Positions 17,662 through 27,799 of a stretch of 64,000 nucleotides of DNA are shown in pieces. The translations under genes and the position numbers were made by a program. The DNA is taken from assembly GCA_021513715.1 (NCBI GenBank), contig CP084167.1, positions 2,144,001 through 2,208,000 of the forward strand, read 5' to 3'. The DNA comes from Candidatus Heimdallarchaeum endolithica (GTDB taxonomy: Archaea; Asgardarchaeota; Heimdallarchaeia; Heimdallarchaeales; Heimdallarchaeaceae). Numbering within the stretch: the stretch's first letter is position 1; every line of letters starts with the position of its first letter. The notes beneath the pieces were generated by a model, which saw nothing but the letters and a program-made list of their open reading frames with translations, was not told where the DNA came from and made no database searches.

Positions 17662-20600
17662 ATGGAATTATCAGATGACGAGCTAATTTCCGTAAATGTC
17701 AAAGAATATTTTGAGGAAATTAATTCATTGATAGAACAAACTTATAAAATTGCCGAACAAGCAAGAAAAAAAGGTTATGATCCTTCTATTGAAGTTGAAA
17801 TACCTATTGCCAAAGATATTGCTGATCGAGTAGAAGGATTAATTGGACCTAAAGGAGTAGGTAAAAGAATTCGAGAACTTGAGAAAGAAGGATTGTCTCG
17901 AGAAAGTGTAGCGTTTAGAGTTGCTGAAGAAATTGCTGAAGGTAAATTTTTTTCTTCTGAAAAAGTAAATCTTGCTGAACAAGCTATCCGAACATCATTG
18001 GCGATAATAACTGAGAGCATAACAGCAGCTCCTCTTGAGGGTATTGCAAAAGTGAAAATTAAACAGAATGATGACGGGTCAGATTATTTAGCTGTTTATT
18101 ATGCTGGGCCAATACGTTCTGCTGGTGGTACAGCTGCAGGTATGAGTGTATTGCTTGCAGATCACATTCGGAGAGCATTAAAACTTGATAGATATAAACC
18201 CACAGAAAGAGAAATAGAGCGGATGGTAGAAGAAATAGATCTTTATAATAAAGTAATGCATTTACAACTTCCTACAACTAAAGAGGAGCAAAGATTTGCA
18301 GCAAGAAATCTTCCAATTGAAATCACTGGAGAACCCACTGAGCAAGTTGAAGTTTCTGGAAACAGAGATTTAAAACGTGTTGAAACAAATAGACTTAGAG
18401 GTGGTGCTTGCTTAGTTTTTAATGATGGGATTGTAGGTAGAGTAAAAAAACTTGAAAAAAGGGTGTCGAAACATAAATTAGAGGGATGGGATTGGTTTGC
18501 AGAATTAATACAAATACATGCAAGTCAGAATGTTGAGGATTCTGCAGAATCTGATAAAGAAAAGGGCTCAATTAAACAAGAAATTGAACAAGATAATTTA
18601 TTTATTAAACCAGATACAGGATATATTCAAGATGTAATTGGTGGAAGACCAGTTTTTAGTCATCCATCAGCGAAAGGTGGTTTTAGAATTAGATATGGTC
18701 GTTCTAGGACTACAGGACTAGCTGCAATGGGTGTTCATCCTGCACTTTTTGCAATCACAAATGATTTTTTGGTCTGCGGAACACATTTGCGAACAGAAAG
18801 ACCAGGAAAAGGAGCTATTGTCATGCCAGTGGATTCTATTCATCCACCTATTGTGCTTCTAAAAGACGGTACTGTTTGTAAAGTTAATTCCTATGAGGAA
18901 GGTATTAAATTAAAAGATCAAATAGAAAAAATCCTTTTTCTTGGAGATATGCTTTATGGGGTTGGTGAATTTAATCAGTTTAACCATGACCTTGTTCCTT
19001 CAGGATATTGTGAAGAGTGGTGGGCAAAAGAACTTGAAAAACAGTTAATGAATTTCTCTGAAAAAGAAATAAATCAATTTTTTAGAAATAAAAAACATAA
19101 ATTTGATAAATTCATAAAAGAACCATTAACCATTATTCCAACTGCTGAAGAAGCTATAGGATTGTCTCTTTTACTTGATATTCCTCTACATCCAGAATAT
19201 ACCTATCATTGGAATGATATTTCAATTTCTGCATATATTCAATTACGTGAATATATTTCGTTATATTACAATAATGCTGAAAATTTGGAGATACCAAATA
19301 ACGAAAAAATAAAGCATATTTTAGAAGAGATATGTATTCCTCACTCAATTAAAGAAGATAAAATTCTATTTGGAGAACATTCACAAACTTTGTTAATATC
19401 GTTAGGCTTTAAAAATGGAAATTTACTTCCAATAGAAAATAAAGCTAAAACAGTTGTAGAAGCAATCAATTTTTACAATTATATCCAAGTGAGAGATAAG
19501 TGTCCCTGTTACACTGGTGCGAGAATGGGTCGCCCTGAAAAGGCTAAAAGTAGAAAAATGAAACCTCCTGTACATCTTCTTTTTCCAATTGGCGAAGCAG
19601 GGGGTAATCAAAGAAATATTGTTTCAGCGAGTGAAAAAAACATTATTGAAATAGAATTAGTACAAAGAAAATGTCCAATATGTGGTTCTACTACTCATTT
19701 ATCTTTATGTTCGCGCTGTAATGTTGTAACAGAAATTGTTAAATTTTGCCCGAGATGTGGATTAGAATCTAATGATGATAAATGTAAAAGATGTGGAATA
19801 CCTTTAATTAGTTATAAAACTAAACCCTTTCCTATTAATGAAGAATTTAGAAAAATTGCAAGAGGATTCAACTCTGATTTACCTAAAAACGTAAAAGCAG
19901 TTAAAAAATTGATGAATAAACATCGTATTCCTGAATTCATAATTAAAGGAATATTACGTTCTATAAATAATGTATTTGTGTATCGTGATGGTACAATACG
20001 TTTTGATGCAACTGATGCTATAATTACTCATTTTAGACCAAGAGAAATTGGCGTTTCTGTTTCAAAACTTTATTCTATAGGCTATACTCATGATATTTAT
20101 GGTAATTTATTGGAAAATGAAGATCAATTATTAGAATTAAAAATTCAGGATGTAATTGTTAATAAGGAAGGTGGTAAATATCTTCTACAGGTATCTCATT
20201 TCATTGATGAGTTGTTAAAACGGTTATATGGGCTTCCTCCTTTTTACAACGCAAAAACAATGAATGATCTAGTTGGTCATTTAATTATTGGTTTAGCTCC
20301 TCATACTTCAGCAGGTATTGCCGGAAGATTAATTGGATTCACTGAAGCTAAAGTAATTTTAGCTCATCCATATTGGCACGCAGCAAAAAGAAGAAACTGT
20401 TTATTTCCAAGTGAACAATTACTTATTTGGGACGAAAAAAAGCAACAAGTTATTGTGAAAAGTATTGGAGAAATAGTTGAGGAAGAGTTAAAAGCAGGAG
20501 CTAAAAGTAAGCTGGTTGATGATTTTGGGACTTTTGTAATTGAGAATCTTCACAAAGAATGGAAAGTTGTTAGTCTGGATCAAAAGAGATCTTCACCTAT

Positions 20601-22836
20601 TTTACAACCCATCAAACATTGGATTAAAGGGAAAAGTGAAAAATGGCTACAAATAAAAACAAAAAGTGGAAGCGAAATAACAGTTACACCAGAGCATAAT
20701 ATGCTTGTTTTGAATGAACAAACAAATAATTTTGAGAAAGTAAAAGCAAGAATCTTACAGGTAGGAGAATATATTGCTGTTAAAACAAAGATTCCAGAGT
20801 TATGTATTCAACCTAAAAAAACAGTAAATATTCTAGAAGAGTTAGCAAAAAATTTACCTGATAGCAAGAATTTTGCTGAATTTAAACATGCAGTAAGACT
20901 TAGAAAAGCTGGAGGTTGGATACAAAACAAAATAGAACTTTTTTGTAGTAAGCTTTCTCAAGAAAATAAGATTAAAACTAATTCTTCTTCATGCACTAAA
21001 ATAATTCTAAATTATATCCTTTCAAAAGGAATTGATGTACCTCATCATACTTACTTGTTTTCTAATCATTGGTTTGATTCCATTCCTTTATCTCACTTAG
21101 AACTATTACAAAAAGAAGGAGTGTTCAAGTGGCATGAGGTTCCTTCTGATGCGAGATTAGGAATGGCTAGGGATGATTTTACCGTTGCGCCCTATTTTCC
21201 TTTTAATAAAGAATTAATGAAAATTCTAGGTTATTACATTTCTGAGGGGCATATTCGAGACAACAAGAACTGTTATCAAGTTAATTTTTCTGTTCCAGAC
21301 GAAAAAATTAGAGAACATTTGGTGAAAATAATAAAACGAAATCTAGGTATCACTCCCTATATCAGTGAAAAAAGAAATGTTATATGCTCAGGGAGAATAC
21401 TAGCCTACCTATTCGCATACGCATGGAATATGGGAAAAGGAGCTTACAGTAAGCGCTTACCAAACTTTCTCTATACATTACCAAATGACTATAAGTTTGC
21501 ATTTATCTCTGCCTATTTGGATGGAGATGGAACGCTTTCCAAAGATGTAGGTGAAATATCATTCTATTCTGTTTCAAATGAACTATTAAAAGATATAACC
21601 TATCTATTTTCCACAATTGGAGTATTTGTAAGGTCTAGGGTATCATCTCCTGAAGGACATTATGGTAAAAAAGTGCTGGCAAACTATAAAAAGTTAGGAA
21701 AAGAACCAAAAAAAACAGTTGTTCACAAAATATCTATTAGGGGGGCAGACCTATGGATAATGCCTCACCTAGATCTAATAAATCAAATTAAAAAAGAAAA
21801 ATTAAATCAATTTATCATAAAAGGCTTTCCTAAAAAGAGGAGGATAAAATACAATAATCAATATTATGAACTTAAAGAAGCACATAATACTATATGTGAT
21901 CAGATAGCAGAAATAAATAGTATTACAAAAGAAGAATCATCATATTGTTTGGAAGTTAAAACAATAAGAAATGACATAATGTTACATAATTTCCAAACAA
22001 CTAGTTGCATTACGATGAACTGCGATGGAGATGAGGACAGTATACTTCTAGCTCTTGATGCCTTTCTTAATTTCTCTAAATTCTTTTTACCAGAAGTTAG
22101 AGGAGGTCAAATGGATGCTCCACTAATTTTAGTTTCTACAATAGATCCTTTTGAGGTTGATGATGAGTCTCATAATGTTGATACAGGTAACTCTTATCCT
22201 TTGTCTTTTTATGAGTCTACACTTAACTCATTACCAGCAAAGAAAGTTCTCCCCTTAATTGACATTGTAAGCCACAGGTTAAGTACAAAAGCAGCTTATG
22301 AAGGTTTTTCTTACAGTCATGAGACCTCTTCAATTTTCGTTGGAGAAAAATCTTCTCTTTATACTCGTTTAGCTACGATGAAAGAAAAAGTAGATGCTCA
22401 ACTAGAACTTGCTACTAAAATCAGAGCTGTTGATGTTGATGATGTGGCTACAAGAGTTATTTTCAAACAATTTCTCCCAGATCTTATAGGCAATATGCGT
22501 AGATTTGGTAGTCAAAAAATACGTTGCACAAATTGTAATGCCACTTACCGTCGAATACCTCTAGCAGGATATTGTCCAAAATGTGGAGCAAGCAAACTAA
22601 ATCTTACTGTTTTTGAAAAGTCTGTAACCAAATATCTGAGTATTATCGATTATTTAGTATCAAAGTATTCGGTTTCAGAATATTTACGATCTAGGATAGA
22701 TGTACTAAAACAAAACATTTTAACAATGTTTCTCCCTGATGATGGGTCAACTGATAAGAAATCAAGACGCAAAACAAGAAAAACAGGGAAAAAGAAAACT
22801 TCTGTTAACTTATCAGATTTTCTCCTTGAACAGTAA
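17662..22836 (+). CDS. polC: DNA polymerase D large subunit DP2, intein-containing precursor
   Basis: AGPIRSAGGT, RYGRSR, RMGRPEK, HAAKRRN...CDGDED catalytic region, C-terminal Zn fingers. Confidence 0.97.
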   Translation: MELSDDELISVNVKEYFEEINSLIEQTYKIAEQARKKGYDPSIEVEIPIAKDIADRVEGLIGPKGVGKRIRELEKEGLSRESVAFRVAEEIAEGKFFSSEKVNLAEQAIRTSLAIITESITAAPLEGIAKVKIKQNDDGSDYLAVYYAGPIRSAGGTAAGMSVLLADHIRRALKLDRYKPTEREIERMVEEIDLYNKVMHLQLPTTKEEQRFAARNLPIEITGEPTEQVEVSGNRDLKRVETNRLRGGACLVFNDGIVGRVKKLEKRVSKHKLEGWDWFAELIQIHASQNVEDSAESDKEKGSIKQEIEQDNLFIKPDTGYIQDVIGGRPVFSHPSAKGGFRIRYGRSRTTGLAAMGVHPALFAITNDFLVCGTHLRTERPGKGAIVMPVDSIHPPIVLLKDGTVCKVNSYEEGIKLKDQIEKILFLGDMLYGVGEFNQFNHDLVPSGYCEEWWAKELEKQLMNFSEKEINQFFRNKKHKFDKFIKEPLTIIPTAEEAIGLSLLLDIPLHPEYTYHWNDISISAYIQLREYISLYYNNAENLEIPNNEKIKHILEEICIPHSIKEDKILFGEHSQTLLISLGFKNGNLLPIENKAKTVVEAINFYNYIQVRDKCPCYTGARMGRPEKAKSRKMKPPVHLLFPIGEAGGNQRNIVSASEKNIIEIELVQRKCPICGSTTHLSLCSRCNVVTEIVKFCPRCGLESNDDKCKRCGIPLISYKTKPFPINEEFRKIARGFNSDLPKNVKAVKKLMNKHRIPEFIIKGILRSINNVFVYRDGTIRFDATDAIITHFRPREIGVSVSKLYSIGYTHDIYGNLLENEDQLLELKIQDVIVNKEGGKYLLQVSHFIDELLKRLYGLPPFYNAKTMNDLVGHLIIGLAPHTSAGIAGRLIGFTEAKVILAHPYWHAAKRRNCLFPSEQLLIWDEKKQQVIVKSIGEIVEEELKAGAKSKLVDDFGTFVIENLHKEWKVVSLDQKRSSPILQPIKHWIKGKSEKWLQIKTKSGSEITVTPEHNMLVLNEQTNNFEKVKARILQVGEYIAVKTKIPELCIQPKKTVNILEELAKNLPDSKNFAEFKHAVRLRKAGGWIQNKIELFCSKLSQENKIKTNSSSCTKIILNYILSKGIDVPHHTYLFSNHWFDSIPLSHLELLQKEGVFKWHEVPSDARLGMARDDFTVAPYFPFNKELMKILGYYISEGHIRDNKNCYQVNFSVPDEKIREHLVKIIKRNLGITPYISEKRNVICSGRILAYLFAYAWNMGKGAYSKRLPNFLYTLPNDYKFAFISAYLDGDGTLSKDVGEISFYSVSNELLKDITYLFSTIGVFVRSRVSSPEGHYGKKVLANYKKLGKEPKKTVVHKISIRGADLWIMPHLDLINQIKKEKLNQFIIKGFPKKRRIKYNNQYYELKEAHNTICDQIAEINSITKEESSYCLEVKTIRNDIMLHNFQTTSCITMNCDGDEDSILLALDAFLNFSKFFLPEVRGGQMDAPLILVSTIDPFEVDDESHNVDTGNSYPLSFYESTLNSLPAKKVLPLIDIVSHRLSTKAAYEGFSYSHETSSIFVGEKSSLYTRLATMKEKVDAQLELATKIRAVDVDDVATRVIFKQFLPDLIGNMRRFGSQKIRCTNCNATYRRIPLAGYCPKCGASKLNLTVFEKSVTKYLSIIDYLVSKYSVSEYLRSRIDVLKQNILTMFLPDDGSTDKKSRRKTRKTGKKKTSVNLSDFLLEQ
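20398..22020 (+). mobile_element. 541-aa intein with LAGLIDADG homing endonuclease in DP2
   Basis: Splits KRRN|CDGDED; starts CLFPSE, block B VTPEH, endonuclease motifs ILGYYISEG and FISAYLDGDG, ends ITMN before Cys+1. Confidence 0.95.
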
Positions 22837-22864
22837 TAAAAAATGGAATAAATTGAATTATTCT

Positions 22865-23917
22865 TTACTTAACTTTTATATTTATTTTCTTCTGTTTTTT
22901 GTAACTGTACAATAGTAAAGCAATAATGAATACTACTGCAGCGAACCCTAATGCTAACAGAACTAATGAGTAAAAAGGCATAGCAATAGGATTCTTTTCT
23001 TCGTAAGGAGTAATATGTAATAACCAGTTAATTAAGTTCAACCATAACTCTTTATTTTGATCTTCGTTAATAAACTTCTGATTTTCATTAATCAGGAGGT
23101 CACTGAACATGATAGTTGAACCAGAAAGAACAATTCGTGCATTTCCTATCTCTTTAGCAAATAGCCAAACAAGAAAACCATTTATCATATCTTGAACGAT
23201 TGAACCATCTTTCTCTAATGCATAACTAGTTATTTCTGTTCGACCTATAGCGTTTTCTTTTTCTGGTCTGTCAAAAGATATTGCAGTAGAATAAACTGTT
23301 AAATTCTCAACTTTACTTGTTTGTTCAAAAATCTTATTTTTTTCAAGAAACTCATTATCAGAGGTATTGTAATTGACTATTGAAAGAAAAGATTCATTAT
23401 TATATTTATTATGATAATCGTCCATTATAACTGTTGAACTTTTATCTAATCCTGTTCTGAATCTGGCTGAGGATAGTTTTGATAATCGTGCACTAAGTAT
23501 GTCATTGAAGGAAGAAACATGTCCTGTAATATTTGTATCAGAAGAAAGTGGATTAGCAAGTAGAAATAATGAACCTCCTGCTTCAACATAATCTTGAATA
23601 ACCTCAACCTCTTCAGAAGACAAATTGTAATTCTTGTATATTCCAGGATTTCCAATAATAACTAAATCAACGCCCTGAAGATTAGTAGAATTAAATTTCG
23701 ACTCATTGAAAAAGATAAATCTTACGTTTAAACTATCATTTATGGCACTTAAAGCACTTTTCATTAAAGTACTGTTAAAATATTGTCCATGTGATTCATC
23801 AAATAAGATCACATATTCTTTTTCTGTATTAGGTGCAGCTAAAATAAATTGTCCTTTTGTTGTCATAATAAAAGGTGTCATTATAAGAATTAAGAAAGCA
23901 AGAGTCTTAAATTTCAT
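22865..23917 (-). CDS. Type I membrane protein with GIFT/DUF4350-like extracellular domain
   Basis: Signal peptide, VILFDESHGQ, YVEAGGSLFL, C-terminal TM helix and Lys-rich tail. Confidence 0.7.
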   Translation of the reverse strand: MKFKTLAFLILIMTPFIMTTKGQFILAAPNTEKEYVILFDESHGQYFNSTLMKSALSAINDSLNVRFIFFNESKFNSTNLQGVDLVIIGNPGIYKNYNLSSEEVEVIQDYVEAGGSLFLLANPLSSDTNITGHVSSFNDILSARLSKLSSARFRTGLDKSSTVIMDDYHNKYNNESFLSIVNYNTSDNEFLEKNKIFEQTSKVENLTVYSTAISFDRPEKENAIGRTEITSYALEKDGSIVQDMINGFLVWLFAKEIGNARIVLSGSTIMFSDLLINENQKFINEDQNKELWLNLINWLLHITPYEEKNPIAMPFYSLVLLALGFAAVVFIIALLLYSYKKQKKINIKVK

Positions 23918-24075
23918 TAGAATCTCCTTTATACTTGTTTTGAGTGCAAATAAAAAGAAGTATATTTAGAGTTTTCGCCCTTTGAGGAAATTGGAATATT
24001 CTCAATCATAAGGTTTAAAAAATATTCAAGATGAAAATCCGTTAAGGATAATTTATCATAAGGAAACAACTACGA

Positions 24076-24182
24076 GCCTCGATAGCTCAGCTGGTAGAGC
24101 GTTACCTTGGTAAGGTAAAGGTCGGGGGTTCAAATAGCTCTTTGTTGTGAGCAAAAGCTTGAAATCCCCCCTCGGGGCTCCA
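24076..24182 (+). tRNA. tRNA-Thr(GGT) with a 31-nt intron at non-canonical position 59/60 (intron 24135-24165); CCA encoded
   Basis: Acceptor GCCTCGA/TCGGGGC; anticodon arm TTACC-TTGGTAA-GGTAA; T stem GGGGG/CCCCC; perfect bulge-helix-bulge TTCA-AAT...TGAA-ATC. Confidence 0.93.
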
Positions 24183-24202
24183 GATTTTCTTTATTGTCTA
24201 TT

Positions 24203-24889
24203 TTAATCTAAAACCTTTATTCCTTCTTCTGTGATTAAATATAAACTTCTAAAATTCTTATCACTATTTATTGACCATAATTTTTCATTTACTTGATTAA
24301 TTTCGAATGTTGTGTCAACATATTTTTCAAAGATTTTTTTACCCACTATCCCCATACTAGCTCCGAATTTATCCCTTTCTCCTTTCATTTGATTTGTTAC
24401 AATTACTGCTATTTTCATTTTTTTTGCGAATTCTTTTAGATATGCTACTTGAAGGGCTAAAATATTGTATTTGTTAGCTTTTCCTATTTTTGTTCCGTTA
24501 TTTCTGAAATGGTTTGTTATTCCATTTATTGCTATGAATTTTATTTTTCTACTACCTATCAAATTATGCAGGTTTAACACTATTTTGTGTTGTTCATAAC
24601 TATTTTTTGTATGTATTATTATTATTCTTTCTAGTTCCATTTCTTTGAATTTTGTTATTTCTATAAGTCTTTGAACACTCACACTTATTTCTGCATCAAT
24701 AATTATTGCTTTTTCTCCTTTCTGTACTTTTGATGCTAAATGGTATAATAGTGTATTTTTTCCTGATTTTGGTGGACCTACGATATGTGTTAATTTTCCT
24801 TTTTTCAAGCATTGCTTAATTATTTCTTCTAACATTTTTTTTCCTTCTTTTATTTTTTTAAAGTTGTTACACTTCTTCGTATTTGTCAT
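24203..24889 (-). CDS. radB: RadB-like RecA-family protein (probable start 24835)
   Basis: GPPKSGK, IDAE..SVQRL, AVIVTNQ; short, with no RadA N-terminal domain. Confidence 0.8.
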   Translation of the reverse strand: MTNTKKCNNFKKIKEGKKMLEEIIKQCLKKGKLTHIVGPPKSGKNTLLYHLASKVQKGEKAIIIDAEISVSVQRLIEITKFKEMELERIIIIHTKNSYEQHKIVLNLHNLIGSRKIKFIAINGITNHFRNNGTKIGKANKYNILALQVAYLKEFAKKMKIAVIVTNQMKGERDKFGASMGIVGKKIFEKYVDTTFEINQVNEKLWSINSDKNFRSLYLITEEGIKVLD

Positions 24890-26552
24890 TATACCTATTT
24901 ACTATTGGCATTTTCCAACCTATCCCAAAAGCTCTTTTCGTTACTTTTATTGTAGGCGGAGCTTGCCATCTTTTATATTCTGCTTTTCTTATTCTTTCAT
25001 ACACGTTATCTATTTCTTTCCTAGGATAGCCCATTTCTTCTAATTCTGTTTTTGTTCTTCTGTTTTCAATTATTTCATCTACTAATGGACTTACTATATC
25101 AAAATTGAATGGATCATATTGATTTTCTTTTAGTTCTGCAGAAGGTTTTTTTCTGAATACATTTTCTGGTATAATCTCTTTCTTTTCTCTTATATTAACA
25201 TATTTTGCAAGTTTATATGCATCTAATTTATTTACATCTCCTATTACACTTAGTCCTCCTGTCATATCTCCATATATTGTGCAATATCCTAATGCTAGTT
25301 CTGTTTTATTTCCTGTGTTTAAAACGAGAATACCTAATTTTGATAATCTGTTTGAAAAATCCATTAAACAGTTTGCTCTTACTCTTGGCTGGATATTTTC
25401 ATCTGCTACGCTGTTGTCCTCTTCTTTTGACATTTTATAATATTCTCTTACTTTTTTTAATGGTTCTTCTAGAACTTTTGAATACATGTCAACAATGTCT
25501 TGGATTGAAAATTTAAGATATAACATACCTAAATTATTTGCAAGTTGCTCTGCGTCACTTTTACTGTGGTCACTAGAATATTTTGAAGGCATGGATACTC
25601 CTATTACATTGTTCTTTCCTAATGCGTCACATGCTAAACAAGCTACTAAAGAGGAATCAATTCCTCCACTTAATCCTAAAATTGCTTTTTTAAAGCCTGT
25701 TTTCCTAAAATAATCTCTTATTCCTAAAACTATGGCATTGTAAAACTCTTCCTCTCTGTTGTATAGAGGTCTTTCTTCTGGTTTTTCATTACCTCTTTCT
25801 AAATCTAATTCTATTATGGATAACTCTTCCTCAAACTTTTTTCCATAATAGATTGTTTGAGCATTTTTATTTACTATCAAACTTTGCCCATCGAATACTA
25901 GCTCATCTTGTCCTCCCACTAGGTTACAATAAACAAAAGGTGTGTTCGTTTTTCTTACTTTCTCTTTAATTAATTCTTCTCTTTCAATTCCTTTTCCTAC
26001 AAAATACGGTGAAGCAGAGATGTTTATTATTAGTTCAGCTCCTCTTTCAACAAGTAATTCTGTTACTTTGGTTTCATAATCATGATCCCATAGATCTTCA
26101 CAAATTTCAACCCCTAAATTAATCGTTTTCCCTCCAATTTCAACTTTTACAGGTTTTATCTCTTCTCTTTTTGCTGGAATAAAATATCTTAACTCATCAA
26201 AAACATCATATGTTGGAAGTAAAGTCTTTTTTATAGTTCCTATTATTTTTCCAGACTTATATATCGCTGCACAATTGTAGAGCTTGTATTCTTGGTTATA
26301 ATCAATAAACCCTACAATAGTAACAATATCTGGGCTTTCGTTTACAGCTTTCATCAGATAATTCTTGTTTTCTCTAATGAATGATTTTTCTAGCATTAAA
26401 TCATTGACTGGATAACCAGGTATAGATCCTTCTGGAAAAATAACTATGTCTGCACCATTTTCATAAGATTCTTTAGTATACTTGACAATTTTTTTGTAAT
26501 TTCCTTCTAAATCTCCAACTGTAGGGTTGATTTGTGCAATAGCTACTTTCAT
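24867..26552 (-). CDS. nadE: Glutamine-dependent NAD+ synthetase
   Basis: Nitrilase domain (FPE, K, ICEDLW) fused to synthetase domain (GLSGGIDS, TGNKTE, PSAEL). Confidence 0.95.
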   Translation of the reverse strand: MKVAIAQINPTVGDLEGNYKKIVKYTKESYENGADIVIFPEGSIPGYPVNDLMLEKSFIRENKNYLMKAVNESPDIVTIVGFIDYNQEYKLYNCAAIYKSGKIIGTIKKTLLPTYDVFDELRYFIPAKREEIKPVKVEIGGKTINLGVEICEDLWDHDYETKVTELLVERGAELIINISASPYFVGKGIEREELIKEKVRKTNTPFVYCNLVGGQDELVFDGQSLIVNKNAQTIYYGKKFEEELSIIELDLERGNEKPEERPLYNREEEFYNAIVLGIRDYFRKTGFKKAILGLSGGIDSSLVACLACDALGKNNVIGVSMPSKYSSDHSKSDAEQLANNLGMLYLKFSIQDIVDMYSKVLEEPLKKVREYYKMSKEEDNSVADENIQPRVRANCLMDFSNRLSKLGILVLNTGNKTELALGYCTIYGDMTGGLSVIGDVNKLDAYKLAKYVNIREKKEIIPENVFRKKPSAELKENQYDPFNFDIVSPLVDEIIENRRTKTELEEMGYPRKEIDNVYERIRKAEYKRWQAPPTIKVTKRAFGIGWKMPIVNRYNDKYEEV

Positions 26553-26705
26553 GGATAAAAATTATTGATTGTATTATAAAGTCATTTGGTCTAATCTTTT
26601 TTGAACAGTTAGAATAAATTAAGTTAATAATAAATATCTTATTGAAAATAAACAGTGGAGCAATAAATAGTTAAATCTACTGTTTTCAACAGGAAAGAAA
26701 TTATT

Positions 26706-27764
26706 ATGACATTAGAAATAACAGAAATACAAAAAAAACTATTAAAAATGTATATTGGTGAATTAAAGGGAATAAAGGTAATTGGAAAAGAATTGAATAA
26801 AGATCCAAGAACAATAAAACCTCTTTTAACTTCAGTGGGTTTGAAAATACCTTTTCCTGGTTCACTTTGGACAAAAACTAGAAAACATATCAACAAGGAA
26901 TTTGCACATCTTATCCCTTTAGAGATACAAGAAATCATTGAAGGAATGATGCTGGGAGATGCAAATTTACGATTGCAAACAAAATTGCAAGTGAATAAGA
27001 AGCAACCTCTTTTATCAGAATATCTCCGTTTATTGAATAGAGCAGAAAAATTAAGAAAGAAAATAAATGAAGGAAAAACTATAACTAACAAAGATATCTC
27101 TAATTGGAATAGATGTGTATCTAAAATCTCAAAAGTAAATACTGCTGCATTAAGAGTCCACAAATCCATATTAGAGTTTCAGTGGATTAAAACTCTTATT
27201 CCTCTATTTAGTAGTTTTACGAAATTAAAGGTATTTGTTAAACCGAGTAATACAGAATCAATAAAATGGTCTTGTGGCTTTGATACTTCTTCCTCTGTAG
27301 AATTTTTTAGTTATTGGAAAAATTGGTATTCAAATAAATTAGGTAAAACAAAAAAGGTTTTGAAAAAAGATATTACTCTAACACCAACTGTTTTATTATT
27401 TTGGTATATTGACGACGGTTATTTTTCAGGTACTGATTTATCCTTATGTACAAATAACTTTGCATTTGAAGAACAAAAGTATCTGATAAAACTCTTATCA
27501 GAAGTTGGAATTAAAGCAAAAATAAGAAAAAAAGGTAACCACCACCAGATAGGCATTTCTTTGACAAATACAAACAAAAAAGATTTCTTTAGCTATATTG
27601 AGCAAGCACGCCTGTTTAAAATAGCTAATGAGTTGTTTCCATTCAAATTTTCTAATTCTATCTCTAAAAAAGAATGGAAAAACGAAATAAAAGAAAAATT
27701 TCCAGAATATTTTTCTGAAAAAACTGAAAATAGAAAAAAAATCCTTTTAAAACTCTTAAAATAA
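26706..27764 (+). CDS. Free-standing LAGLIDADG endonuclease-like protein
   Basis: Paired motifs IIEGMMLGDA and LLFWYIDDG, plus LCTNNF; no intein splice residues. Confidence 0.8.
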   Translation: MTLEITEIQKKLLKMYIGELKGIKVIGKELNKDPRTIKPLLTSVGLKIPFPGSLWTKTRKHINKEFAHLIPLEIQEIIEGMMLGDANLRLQTKLQVNKKQPLLSEYLRLLNRAEKLRKKINEGKTITNKDISNWNRCVSKISKVNTAALRVHKSILEFQWIKTLIPLFSSFTKLKVFVKPSNTESIKWSCGFDTSSSVEFFSYWKNWYSNKLGKTKKVLKKDITLTPTVLLFWYIDDGYFSGTDLSLCTNNFAFEEQKYLIKLLSEVGIKAKIRKKGNHHQIGISLTNTNKKDFFSYIEQARLFKIANELFPFKFSNSISKKEWKNEIKEKFPEYFSEKTENRKKILLKLLK

Positions 27765-27799
27765 AAAATTTACTCTAATAAAAAAGAAGAAAAAAGTGA

